DNA of 64,000 nt from Glaucostegus cemiculus (lineage: Eukaryota), in contig CDPCPM010000114.1 of NCBI GenBank assembly GCA_976551045.1, positions 3,844,001 through 3,908,000 of the forward strand, given 5' to 3'. Within the stretch, counting starts at the first letter, position 1. Every line of letters starts with the position of its first letter. A model generated the notes under the pieces. The model searched no databases. It was not told the origin of the DNA and saw only the letters and a list, made by a program, of their open reading frames with translations. Position numbers and translations under genes: made by a program. Shown here one piece after another: positions 50,791 to 63,990 of the stretch.

Positions 50791-53700
50791 CAAACAGTCT
50801 GATTTGCGAAATTGATCTGCTGAATGTATTCAGTCATTTTCTGTTTTTTTATTTTCAGAATTCTAATGTCTGCAGTAATTTGTTTTCACAACAGTATTGC
50901 AACAGCATGTTCTTTGAGATTCCCAAGGTAGATGTAAAATCCATAATGCTATGACTGTAGGGGACAAGGTGGGTGATGTGACTCATCGCCTCAATTACTG
51001 GAGTGTCTCTATCATGAAATCAGTGGGATGTGCATCAGGCTAATCAGCAAACATTTTTAAAAGAGGTTTAATGGATTTAATAAAACTGCAACCATCGGAG
51101 CTTTTCAAACTATCTAAATTACTAATTATGTTTATTTCAAAATACTATTGTTTAACCTTGTTTGATAGAGCAACAGCCCTAAAACTGCCAAACAATATTA
51201 AAACATTGATGTTATTTCTTTTATAACATTTCACAGAGTACATAAAATGAATTTTATTTTTAACTCAGCTGCATAGGATTATTCTGCTAACATCCAGAAC
51301 AACTATCCATCAATTCTTAGCAAGGCATTGGGGAGGAATGGTTGTAGATGCCTACAGTTAATGGGAAGACTGGCACTCCGGTACCTTCAGTGTACTTTGT
51401 TGTACGAATGCATCAAAACACATTTTGCGTCAATCATTAAAATGTAAGGGTTTCACTTATAATGCAACAACTTGGGAGTGGGTTTCACCTTTGGGTGATG
51501 GTATAAAATTGCCCTGATTATAATTCCATGATGTGCTGGGAGAAAGGTGGAGGGTGGGGTGGAGATGGTCTGGTGAAAGGTGCATGTTATCTTGTGGAAA
51601 ACCTGACAGGATTTGCAACATGTCTGTTAGTAGCTTCATAGCTCAGACACCTATGGACCCACATCTCAACTACAAGATGTGCTGATGGAAGGTATGAAGA
51701 GAAGGAAAGGGACTCTTTCCACTGGCAAAATGCAGTGGAGGTGAAGGAAGTAGGGTTGAGAATGGCAGCAGTAGGAGAATGCAGACAATGGGCGAGGAAA
51801 AGTGAACATGGTGATACATTCACCTATGTCCTGCTGTGCATAGACCTCCAACCACTCTTTCTGCCTTTCAAGCCTTCTTCACATATCTCTTTTCAGACCC
51901 TCATACCTTTTTGCATTTCTTCACCTTCATATCTGCCTGTTCTCCAGCTCCATAGATGGAGCCAGCAGCACTGGAAATCACAGACAAAATGGAAGGACAG
52001 CAAGGTCCCAAAGACCTGGTAATGCAGTGAGCTCAAAGCTCCCACTTTATACAGCTGTCAGTTTGTTGGCATAATTTTAACAGTAAGCATAATATCAGCT
52101 GCACAATGAAAACCTGGAATGTATATTTATCATACCATAACTAATTCATATTTATTCTCTCCCATGGAGTTTTTATTCATGTGGCAGCAATTGGTGGAAG
52201 CCATTGATAATGGTTCCTCAGAGGTGTGGAAGTCAGTCTGCACGGTAATAAAGCAGACAACAGAACCAAGGAGCGTACAATTGGTGCTTTATTGTTTAAC
52301 CCTAGTCAGAGTGAGGAATACAGAGAAAGGGTAAGCAGTGTAACCTGAGCTCGGCACTGATCCCCAATCAAAGATTTACATGTTTGTGTCCTTCCTTTTA
52401 TACTTAATCTAGAGATGCCTACGTGTAGAGTTGCACATACTTGGGCAGTTGCTTACAGCAAACTTTAGCAAAACAAGATATGCCTTAAGCGCTTCTTTAT
52501 TTCACCCAAGCACCAGCACATCTTGCAGTCATAATCATAGTCAAGCCATGGTTGAAGCAATAACATCTGTACATTATTAACCCTTACATTTCCAGTTACT
52601 TTTATACAGGAACCTAGTCCTTTTGAAGGTAAGTCAGCAAAGGACTGGTGCATTATCTCAGACAGCCGAACTTTGTTGGGCCAATAAGAAATTTGAGACT
52701 CCCCCATCACTAGAAAACAAGAACTGATCTCAGTAATGGCAGAGACCAGCATACAAGTACAAAAGGCAAATATGAAGCACTTGCATGAATCTTCAAGCTG
52801 AAGTTCCCAGTGGGTAATCCATCTCCATTGTCCTTTAGAAGCCTCCACTTTAGCAGGTCAGACTTCAGCCATTTTGATTCATTCCATGTAATATAAAGAA
52901 ATAGCTGAATGCACTGCAGTCAGCAAAGCCTTTAGGCTTTGAAGTGGTCTTTCCTGTGATGCTATAATTCCCTATGAACTAAACATGTTCATACAAGTAC
53001 ACCAACAGGCACCTGCCCTAAAAGGTAGAAAATTGCACAAGTATGTTATTGGGTCAGAGAACTGGTCCATGTTGACCAAGGGGTGCATTTAAGCTAGTCC
53101 TATTTGCCCAAGTTTGGCCCATATCCCTCTAAAATTTTCCTATCCATGTACCTGCCCAAATGCCTTTTAAATGTTACTAATGTACCTGCCTCAACCATTT
53201 CCTTTGGCAGCTCATTCCATATATGGACCACCCTCGAGGCAAAAAAGTTGCCCTGCAGGATCCTATTAAATCTCTCCTCTCTCAGCTTAAACCTATGCTC
53301 TGTAGTTCTTGATTTCCCAATACTAGGAAAAAAAAAGTACAAGCTTTCACCCTATTTAGGCCCCTCATGATTATATACACCTCTATACCATCACCCCGCA
53401 CTCTCCTACACTTTAATAAATAAAGCCCCAGCCTGCTCAACTTCTCTCCATAACTCAGTCTCTTGAGTCCTGGCAACATCCTTGTAAATCTTTGCTGTAC
53501 TCTTTCTAGCTTAATGGCATCTTTCCAATAGCAGGATGAGCAAAATGAATACAGTACTCCGAAAACAGCAACATCTTGTATAACTGCAACATAACATCCC
53601 AATTTCAATACCCATTGCCATGACTGATGAAGGCCAGCATGCCAAATGCCTTCCTCACTACCCTGTCTCCCAGTGACGCCACTTTTGTGGAACCATGTAC

Positions 53701-53847
53701 TTGTACTCCTTGGTCTCTCTGTTCTATAACACCCTCCAGAGCCCTACCATTCACTATAAGAATCCTACCCTAGTTTGTCTTTCCAAAATGCAACACCTCA
53801 CATGTTCAAATTAAACTCCATTTTCTATTCCTTGGCCCATTTCCTTG

Positions 53848-54000
53848 TCCAACATTGGGCAAGTTCAAGAAATTGTTAGATAAGCATATGGAGGAATTTA
53901 AGATAGAGGGATATGCGGGAGAAAGGGGTTAGATAGTCTTAGGAGTGGTTTGAAGGTCAGCACAACATGGTGGGCCAAAGAGCCTGTATTGTTCTATGGT
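53848..54000 (+). mobile_element. Short CR1 tail inserted antisense to the host CR1
   Basis: Similar to 20960-21110: gttagataagcatatggagga...gggccaaagagcctg...ttctatgg. Confidence 0.8.
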
Positions 54001-55119
54001 AATTTACCCAGCCGATCAAAATCCTGGTATAATTCTTGATAACCAACTTCACTGTCTATGACACCATCTATTTTAGTGTCATCTGCAAACTTGCTAACCA
54101 TGATTGTACATTCTCATCCAAAACATTGATGTAGATGAGAAATAGCAATGTGCTTATCACCGACCCCCGAGGTACACCACTATTCAGGGGCCTCCAGTCC
54201 AAAAAACAACCTTCCACCATCACCCTCTGCTTCCTACCATCAAGCCAATTATGTATCGAATTAGCTAGTTCTCCCTGGATCACATGCAATCTTACTTATC
54301 AAAGTCCTTACTGAAGTCCAGAAAGACCACATCTTTCTTGGTTAATTCTTCAAAAATTTCTATCAGATTCATGGGACATGATCTCCCACGTACAAAGCCA
54401 TGCTGACTATCCCTAAGCAACACCTGCTTTTCTAAGTGTATGTTTATCTTATCCCTCAGAATCCCCTCCAGTAATTAACCAACTACAGACGTTAGGCCTA
54501 CTGGATAACAGTTCCTAGATGTTTCTTTGCATTCCTTCTTAAATAAAGGCACAACATTAGCCACCCTCCAATCCTCTGGCACCTCACCTGTGGCTAACAA
54601 TAATGCATATATCTCAGCCAGGGTTCCTGAAATTTCTTCTCTGGCTTCCCACAGTGTTCTTGAATATACCTGAACAGGCCTCAGAGATTTATATACCTTC
54701 ATATGTTTTAAGACATCCAGCATCTCCTCTGCGGTAATGAGTACTATCCCCAAGACATTCCCATGAACTAGCTTAAGTTTCAAAGTCTTCATGCCCTTCT
54801 CCAGGGTAAAAACAAGAGGAGAAATATTCATTGACGACCTCACCCAACTCCTGCTGCTCCACACAAAGATGTCCACTTTGGTCTTTGAAGGGCCCTATTC
54901 TCTCTCTAGTAAATCTTTTCCCCTTAATATACATAAAATCTCTTTAGAATCTCCTTAATATTCTCTGCCAAAGCTACCTCCTGCCCTCTTTTTGCCTTTC
55001 TGATTTCTTTCATAAGTATACTTCTGCACCCCCTATACTGCCCCAGGGATTCATTTGATCCCAGCTGCCTGTACCTGACCCATGCCTCCTTTTTCCTGAC
55101 CAAAGCCTCAATATCCCTC

Positions 55120-55506
55120 TGTCACAATGTTGATTGAAGAGCAAGCTCACGGAGAATCCAAATGCAGCACACTGGTACAAGAATGGAGTCAGGATACTTC
55201 CTCAGGACCAGACACAGGAAGGAATCTTGCCTCGGAGATCTGAGTAGTAACCCCAACACGAATTGGATCTTCAAGCAGGACTAGAGAATGCAGGACTGCT
55301 CTAGAGTAGACCACTCTAAGCAGTTAGGAGCCAAAGGTTGACCAATACTCTGGCAACTAGTGCTAGAGAAACCCAGGTACTTATGCTAGGCCCCTGATGG
55401 GGCTCAGGTGTGTGTCATTGTGCAATCAGTCCAGCATGGAATCCATGTGCTGTACAACGAGGCATCCAAGGAACCAAATCAAGGGCCAGTACTCAGAATC
55501 ATGACA
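55120..55506. mobile_element. 387-bp solo LTR with 5-bp TSD
   Basis: Ends TGTCA and TGACA. CCCTC is duplicated at 55115-55119 and 55507-55511, and the host CR1 continues across it. Confidence 0.85.
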
Positions 55507-55734
55507 CCCTCATCATCCAGGCTTCCCTGCTTCTGCCAGGCTTGCCCTTCACGCTATCAGGAACATGCAGTCATTGTGGGTTTTATCTCACTTCTAAAAG
55601 TCTTCCACTTGCTGGACATCCTCTTGCCTGCAAATAACCTGCTATAATCAACTGTTGCTAGTTCCTGTTTTGCAGGCTCTGCCTGCAAAAAACAGGACAA
55701 GTCCAATCCAGACCATTACTTCCTCATATCTAAG

Positions 55735-55875
55735 TTTGGATAGGTGCATGGATGAGGGAGGTATGGAGTGCAATGGTCCAAGTGCAGGTAGGTGGGACTA
55801 GGCAGAAAACTAGGCTGGCATGGACTAGATGGGCCAAAGGGCTTGCTTCTGTTCTATTGTGCTCTATGACTCTAC
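55735..55875 (+). mobile_element. CR1 3' tail
   Basis: ttggataggtgcatgga...ggcatggactagatgggccaaaggg...ctctatgactcta. Confidence 0.8.
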
Positions 55876-56879
55876 TCTCAATCATTAGCAAGGTGAGGCA
55901 AAGTGTCATTATAGCTGGTGTCAAGGTGTCAAGTGGCACTTACTCACTGCTAACCTGCTCACTGATGTTCAGTCTGATTTCTACCAGAATCACTCAGCAG
56001 ACATCATTACAAAGTGATGCAAATCTGGGCAAAGAGCTAAGTTCCAGAAGTAAGGTAAGAGTATGACATTTGACTAAGGATGGCATGAATGGGCCCTGAT
56101 AAAACTGACTCAATGAGTATCAAAGGAAATCTCTCCACAGGCCAACCATACCTTGCATGAAGGAAGATATTGTCGGAGGCCATTAGTTTCAGCCCCAGGA
56201 CATCTCTGACATCCTCTAACATTTCTCACCTTTGCTAAATCACAAACTGGGGTGTACAGTTCTCACCACCTTTCTCCCCTACTTTGTTTTCCTTCTACTT
56301 TCCTTCTGGATCATGTGTGGAGGATCTAAGCATTTTATCTTGTACCTTCTATGTCACCATTTTTGGAAGAGCCCAGTTAATAGTAGCAGTTCTGGAGACT
56401 TTGGCTGGTGCATACAAAGAGCATCTCCAGGTCCCTGAAGTCCATCTTCAGCAGACAATGAGTTAGCAGTCATTCCAAACTAACATTGAACCAGGGGTGT
56501 AGACTCAGCAAAATTAACGTAAGTAAAATACCAGTAATGAAGACAGTGTTGGCACTGAAGACTGACAAATCCCAGGATCAGTGAGATATCAACTCAGGCT
56601 TTTAAAGTAACTAAGTGAGAACATTACACAAGCCCCAACTATGAATTTAAAAAATTCTCTTGATTCAGGAGTTGCTCTTTCCAGTTGGAAAATTGCAACC
56701 TGGTTTATGACTTAGCAAGGGGGAGAAAGAGAAAACATAGAATTTAAGAGAGAAAACATAAAACCTCTTATTAGGAAATTACTAAAATTGATACAAGAAA
56801 ATAACCACTGAACAACAGAGAAAATTTTCATTTGATTTGAGGAAGCCAGCTTCATTTCATTTCATTCATAGTCTTACTT

Positions 56880-57950
56880 GACAGCCATAAGGAAAGGGCT
56901 ATGAACAATGATAGTTTTTATCAAGTTCTGCAAGTCCTTCCTACTATTCATGTAGGTTTAGAATATTTCATCAGACTTTATGTACATGCTAACCATGATT
57001 GTATACTAGCTTACCTTGAGTAAGGGAAGGTTTAAAATGTTACTGAATGTACCTGAAATGGTTGTTCATCACCAGTCCTTTACAAATAACAAGGAAAGAA
57101 CCAAAAGAAATGCTTCACTTTCATTGGGTCCTAACAGGCACTCGGCCAAAGGCAGATCAGGTCTTTTTCACCTAAATGGAAAAGTGGATTTAAAGAATGT
57201 TGATTATTTTACTAATTTTTGGGAGACAGACTTCCTAGAAAACACCCACTCATCAATTGTCATTCACAAACTCAAGAGCAGTTTGCCTGATATGGCACCT
57301 CTAAGGTAATGTTCACAGATAATGGTAGTACTTCACAGCAAGACAACTTTATGATATTCTCCAGCAACAGGGAGTTTAATTATGGACAACATCACTGCAC
57401 TTTCAATTGAGTAATGAAAGTGTACAGTACAGTACTGCAGTGGGCAGGCACAGTAGTGCAGTGGTTAGCATAACGCTATTACAGCACCAGCGACCTGAGT
57501 TCAATTCCGGCCACTGTCTGTACGGAGTTTGTACATTCTCCCTGTGTCTGCCTGGGTTTCCTCCAGGTGCTCCTATTTCCTCCCACATTCCAAAGATGTA
57601 CTGGTTAGGAGTTGTAGTCACGCTATGTTGGCGCCGGAAGCGTCGCGACACTTGGTGGCTGCCCCCAGAACACTCTGCGCAAAAGATGTATTTCACTGTG
57701 TGTTTCGATGTACACGTGACTAATAAAGATATCTTAATGCAAAGATATGGAAGGCTGTGAAAGTGCAACTTTCTGAAGAAGACTAAATCATCACAGTTGA
57801 CCCTTCTTGAACATTCAAGCCTTTTGCAAATGCCCCAATTCAAGGGATGACAGCTTTGTGCATTGACTAATGAACTGACAAAATAGAACTCCAACATTTA
57901 GAAGCAGAGGTGCAAAAAATCGTAAAAACACAAATAAAGGCAGCAGTGAG
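56880..57950 (+). mobile_element. Gypsy integrase remnant interrupted by a V-SINE
   Basis: PNRHSAK..GLFHLNGKVDLKNVDYFTNFWETDFLENTHSSIVIHKLK, followed by acagataatggt (TDNG), matches the rve core pattern. Outer limits are uncertain. Confidence 0.7.
57442..57737 (+). mobile_element. V-SINE with a non-CR1, Rex1-like tail
   Basis: tRNA-like A box (gtagtgcagtggtt) and B box (gagttcaattcc), V-domain, then tttcactgtgtgtttcgatgtacacgtgactaataaa. Confidence 0.85.
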
Positions 57951-59503
57951 CTCCAGCCTAGGTGGAGGAGAATGACTGGTCAGATGGGAGGCTATCCACT
58001 ACCAGTGAGAAGCCTATCAACATGATGACAAAGCAAGGAATGGAGTTCTGCTGCTGGTCATGTGGCTGGGAGTAGGTTGGCCTAAAATGGAGCAGAGGTT
58101 TAAAATTATGTGCTCCACCTGGGAGGAGGATTTCTGTTTCTCTGAGACTTTTGAGGAAAATCATATTAATTTACATTTGCCTGCTCTCTAAGCCCTTTTG
58201 TTTGGCATAAGACCCATGATGTTCAACCAATCCAGGGTATTCACCTGGGTCTCATGTACCCCATAAAGTCCTGATTTATATTCATTAATGACATACTTGC
58301 TGGAGTCTGGTAGAAGCCACCACCAAAACGATTGACTTCATGATAGGAAATGATGGGAATATAAACTGCTCCTTCTTCCTTGCTCATCAAGAAGAACTAA
58401 TGATTCCCCCCCCCCCCATTCATATTCTTTGACAGGAGAGTGTCATTTTGTCACTTAATCATTGATCATATTGATTATTACTACTTTTTCCACCAGAACC
58501 AGATATTTTAAAATTCATATATCCTAGAGTACAGCACTGGAACTGACTTTCATTTTCCACTAGGCAGTGAGCAGACAAACTCAAAACTCGCATGTGGTTA
58601 ATTCAAAAGTCAATTTGAAGCAAAAGGCTCTTGGAGAGCAATGTCAGTCATATTCTTTTGTCTCAACCACCTCTATTCCCAGAATATCATGTAATTAGTC
58701 TCGAAAAGCTCTTTCATAGGCTTATGTGATTGACTCATTCCTGAGAGGGGACAGTGAGAACCAGAGGGAATGCAAGGTGTGAGATCATCAAGGCTCCTTT
58801 TGTTTTGATTTTCTTCAAGTCTTTTCTCAAGGAAATGACTCAGACTGATTAACGATATTTACAGCACTCATGAAATGAAGCAAACAGCAATTCTTCGTAT
58901 CTGAATCTAGGCAGTGAACATCAATGATGCATTTGATTATGGGTTGGAGATTGTTTTTTGTGGTGGTAGGCATCGCTTGCAGAGATATCATGGTACAGTC
59001 TTTTCCTGCTGTCACCTTATATCCATGTAATTATAAAATGAATTTTCACATGATGTGAGAATCATGTCATCCATTCTGAATTGCCTTGTGTCAGTGGTGT
59101 TGAGCCTCTTTCTTAAATTGTGCAGTCCTTCTGGTGAAGGTGATCCAACAATGCCATTGGGTAGGGAGTCCAAGGATGTTGGCCTCTTGATAATGAAGGA
59201 ATGGTGCAATATTTCCAAGTCCAGATGATGTGAGACTCACAGGGGGACCCAAAGATGGTGAGCCCCAGCGTGTCTGATAGGAGACGGTTCAGAAAAAGTC
59301 ACCGGATAGAACTAACAAAACTAACCAGAGTTGCCTTCTTTTCTCATCAACCAGGTGCAATTAGCTTTGGCATTATTGCTATTCAAATTGAGATCAAGTA
59401 ATTTAACACCCATCAATGAGCAGGATGTTTTGTTCAAAATTACTAAATGAGATGTTACATTTACTCACTCAGTGATCAAGGAGAACCAAACATCTTGACA
59501 AAC

Positions 59504-59660
59504 NNNNNNNNNNNNNNNNNNNNNNNNNNNNNNNNNNNNNNNNNNNNNNNNNNNNNNNNNNNNNNNNNNNNNNNNNNNNNNNNNNNNNNNNNNNNNNNNN
59601 NNNNNNNNNNNNNNNNNNNNNNNNNNNNNNNNNNNNNNNNNNNNNNNNNNNNNNNNNNNN
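59504..59660. other. Assembly gap (157 N)
   Basis: Run of n, followed by a CR1 tail at about 59670-59810. Confidence 1.
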
Positions 59661-61284
59661 GCTACCAAAAAGAAGATGCTGGAGGTAGGAACAATAACAA
59701 CATTTAAGAGGCATCTGCACAGGTACTTGAATGAGTAGGGCATAGAAGGACATGGAATTAATGCAGTCAAGTGAGATTAGTTTTGGTAGGCATGATGGTC
59801 AGCATAGAGTATGCTGAGAAAACTATGATTCTGTAACACATCAATTTCTGTAGATATATAGATACTCATTTTATTCTGATACAGACTAGTCATTTCATAG
59901 GGACATGGATGCAAGTCAGTTCTTATATATACATCATGCACACCCATTTAATCTCATTTAGAAACCTACAAAGATTATTTTATATACAAAAATATCTTAT
60001 ATAGAAATTGGCACACGACATTTTATATAGTCACGCCAATTTAGATAGAAACACACACATACATTTTGTGAACAAGCATTTCATTTGATATAGAGATATA
60101 CTCACTTCATTTAATGGTCTCATACAAGAATAATGCTTCATATCAACAGACATAAATCCACACAAGTTTTTGGATGTACACAACCACTTATTATAGATAA
60201 ATATATATTGGGCTATTCAGTAAATGCAACACTCTTGATTCTCAGATTAAGGAAAATAACTTTGTTAAATATCGATACAGCAGCCAGAACACAAAGAAAA
60301 TCTAAATTTATTTATTCATCAGTCTGCCACAAAACTAGGTTTCAGAAAGTTTAACTGCAAAGTGAGTGTTGTGAATTTTCAGACTATTAGGTGCAGTGAA
60401 CAGTATTGACATAGAGGAAGATGTAATGGGGGTGGTTATTCCAGCCTCATGCCAAACCTGCTCCTGGATGCATCAACAGGCCACCAAATGTGCAGCAGAC
60501 TATCAAGATTATAATTGATTTCAGTAGAACCTCCAACACAAATTAGTTAATTTTGCATATGTTTATTCCTCATAATTGACAGATGTTCTCAATCATAATA
60601 AAAGGAAAACTAAGGGGGAGATGGATTTTCAACAGGCTCCCACGATCACTAGCTCCCCACAAGATTTCCTGCCCAATTTCAATAATTTACTTTGCAAAGG
60701 ATCACTCCCCATTCAGTCAGGCACTCCTCACATCTCCTGAACCATTTTACAAAGACACTGCACCGAACCAATATACCACCTCCCATACATCCAGTTAGTG
60801 CTATCCCTTCCTTCCCCAAAGTATTTCAGTGGAAGCTTTTTCCTTCACCACCCTTAATAAGAGTCATTCTGAATCTCTTGTCTGTTCTTGCTGTGGCAAG
60901 GGTTTGAATATATTGCACACCATGGTTGCAAATTCCTGATTTCATATTCAGTCACCTCATGTAAGCCTCAAGTCAGAGAAGCCCAATGGTGTAGTTTATA
61001 TTTTTAGAGCTTGCGTCTTGAAATTGCTCCATCCATCAGCTAGTTAGTAAGCAAGAGGCAGGGGTGAGCCATCTAGCTGAGTATGGACCTGCACTGGATA
61101 TGCGATGATGGGTGTTAGAATTCTGAGATTTGGCTGTAATATCAAACAGGTGTAAGAGTTCTGATTTAGTCAGGAACTCTTTATAAATAATAAAAGGCCA
61201 AAGTCATGAGTACTAAGCCTATTGATGTTTATGAGTGAGAAATACTAAGGCATACAATTTACAGAATTTTAAGTATGGGGACAT

Positions 61285-63330
61285 AAGAGACTGCAGGTGC
61301 TGTAATCCAGAGAGAAAAAAAACCCGCTGTAGGAACTCAGTAGGTGAAGCAGCATCAGTAGAGGTGAAGGGATACTTGAAATTTTGGGTTGAACCCTGCA
61401 TCATGATTGACAGCAAAAGGAAAGATAGCCAGTCTAAGGAGGTGAGGGGAGGGGTGAGGCAGGAGCTGGCAAGTGATAGGTGGATCCAGGCGAGGATGGG
61501 CAAATGGACCCAGGTTGGGGGAGGGAGGGGTGGAGATAGTGACATAAGCTGGGAGGCGATAAAGTGGAGACAACAAAGGGCTGCAGATTATCGAATCTCT
61601 TAAGAAAGGAAGGTGGTGAGTGAAACCAGACAAGCGAGGGATGGAGGGCAGATGGGAACAGTGGAGGGAGGAGAAGGGATCAACTGCACGAGTGATAGGC
61701 AGATGGAACCAGGTAGGGTAAGGAAAAGAAACTGGGTGACAGGAGGCTGGGTAGCATGTTTGGAAAGAAGGCAGTGAGCAAGATAATCTGGGTGGATCAG
61801 GAGGAGAGAGATTGGAGAGTTCAGTGTTCATGATATTGATTACCCAGGTGGAATTTGAGGTGCTATTCTTCTAGTTTATGTATGGCCTCATCCTGGCAGT
61901 GGAGGAGGCTGAGGACAGATATGGGAATGGTGAGGGGAGTTGAAATGGTTTGCAATCAGGACCCCAAGATGGCCATTGTGGCCAGAGTACAGGTGCTTGG
62001 CGAAGTATTTGTCCAATCTACGTTCGGTCTAATGATCTAGAGGAGAGCACCAAATGCAGTAGACAACATTGGAGGTTCACATGAATCTCTGCTTCACCTG
62101 GAAGGGCTGCTGAGGTCCCTGAATGATGGTGAGGGAGGAGGTGCAGCAATGATTGTTGAACCTCCTACGGTTGCAGGATAAAGTGCCAGAGTACCAGGAG
62201 GGGTGAGTGGGGAGGGATAAACAAACCAGGGAGTCACAAGGAGAGCGGTCCCTTCAGAAAGCAGAAAGGGGTAGGGAGGGGAGGACGTGACTGGAGGTGG
62301 GATTGCATTGCAGGTGGTGGAAATGATGAAGGATGATGCGGTGGACGAGAAGGCTGGTGAGGTGAAAGGTAAGGACTAAGGGAACTCTATCTCTATTTTG
62401 TCTGGGGGAGGTGGGGTGAGAGCAGAAGTCCAGGAAATGGAGGAGATGTGGTGAGGACTCCAACGACCACAACAGAGGGAAAGCTACGTTTCCTGAAAAA
62501 GGAGGACAATTCAGGTGTCCTGGATTGGAAAGCCTCATCTTCTATTTACAAATTTTATTTACAGCATGGTTACAGGCACTTTCGGCCCAATGAGTCCGCG
62601 CCGCCCATTTTAAACCCCCAAATTAACCTACCTGTACGTCTTTTTTAGAACGTGGGAGGAAACCAGAGCACCTGGAGGAAACCCACGCAGACACGGGAGA
62701 ACGTAAAAACTCCTTACAGTCTGCGACGGGAATTGAACCCTGATCGCTGGCGCTGTAACAGCGAGAGCAGATGCGGCGAGACAGAAAAACAGAGAAAGGG
62801 ATGCATCCTTACAAGAGACAGGGTGGGAGGAAGTGTCACCTCGGGAGCTGTGGGAGTTAGCGAGTTTATAGTAAATGTCAGTGGAGAGTTTGTCCCCTGA
62901 GATGGAAACAGAGAAATCCAGAAAGGGGAGAGGGTCTCAGAAATAGTCCAAGTGAATTCGTGGGCAAGGTGGAAGTTAGTAGCGAAGTTGATTAAATTGA
63001 CGAGATCTACATGGGTGCAGGAGGCAGCACCAATGCAGTTGTTAATGTAACAGAGAAAGAATTGGGCAGTGGTGCCAGAGAAGGTTTGGAACAAGGACTT
63101 CTCCACATAGTCAACAAAAAGGCAGGTGTAACTGGAGCCCATGTGCTTGTTGAAGTGGGAGGAAGCAACATTTTTCAGGGTGAGAACAAGTTCGGCCAAG
63201 CAGAGGAGAGTGTGAGTAGAGGGGAACTGGTTGGATCCATGTTCGAGAAAGAAACTGATGGGGAATGAAGGTATGTAGGGACAGGACTTCTATGGTGAAG
63301 ATGAGGCTGTGGGGGCCAGGGAATTGGAAT
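61285..63330 (-). mobile_element. Penelope-like element (RT, GIY-YIG region and pLTR), decayed
   Basis: AELVLTLKN..MGSSYTCLFVDYVEKSLF..FLCYINN (YIDD position) and RDRVPLVLTFH, with a pLTR motif at 61285-61410. Confidence 0.9.
62542..62762 (-). mobile_element. 5'-truncated V-SINE inserted in the Penelope RT
   Basis: Closely similar to 63750-63958. Penelope sequence gcctcatct and gagagcagatgcg flank it. Confidence 0.9.
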
Positions 63331-63725
63331 AATTAACTAATTAATAATTAAACAAAATTAATAATTAAACAACAGAATTTACAAAATTTGACAGCAGACT
63401 TAAAAGAATTTTTCTTGCTCTCAGGCCTTACCATGAAGGAGAAAGGAAACAGAATATTTTTCTCAAAAAAATGAACATTCAATGAATTGCACTGGGAACT
63501 GAATTAAATTATTTAAGGTCACAGAGAGTTGGATGGCTTATCACCGGTATCCACTGCCTTTGTCTACCAATGAGTTGACTTTAACATTTAAAGTAATATG
63601 GGAATATTGTCTAACACTGCAATGTTACATGTAATAAACTGACAGAGCTTTTAGTGGATATCTAGTTTTGAAGCAACAGTAAAAAAGACTTCCCTTGATA
63701 AATCCCAATGGATCATTGGCATTTG

Positions 63726-63990
63726 TTAATTAATTTTTTTTTTAATTAAAATTTATTTACAGCGTGGTTACAGGCCCTTTTGGCCCAACGAGACCACGCA
63801 GCCCATTTTAAACCCCCAAACTAACCTACCTGTACGTCTTTAGAATGTGGGAGGAAACCGGAGCACCCGGCAGAAACCCACGCAGACACGGGAGAATGTA
63901 CAAACTCCTTACAGTCAGCGACGGGAATCGAACCCTGATCGCTGGCGCTGTAACAGCGTCGCGCTAACCGCTATGCTATTGTGCCGCCCC
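63726..63990 (-). mobile_element. Full-length young V-SINE with CR1-like tail and A-rich end
   Basis: A box tagcatagcggtt, B box ggttcgattccc, V-domain, many CpGs. Possible TSD atttg (63721-63725 and 63992-63996). Confidence 0.92.

Larger units (their letters stand above)
53060..55730 (-). mobile_element. CR1 LINE (about 2.1 kb of ORF2 plus tail) with two nested insertions
   Basis: GEVPEDWRVANVVPLFKK, SGVPRGSV, LERVQQRFTRMLPG and RVVHIWNELP in successive minus-strand ORFs. Confidence 0.92.

Noticed and set aside
51330-52060. Possible Harbinger Myb/SANT relic (also considered for about 14000-15100)
   Set aside because: The resemblance is too weak and no terminal inverted repeats were found.
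59447-59770. ORFs spanning X runs
   Set aside because: They are artefacts of the assembly gap.
63900-63990. tRNA gene
   Set aside because: The A and B boxes run directly into a V-SINE core, so this is a SINE head and not a tRNA.
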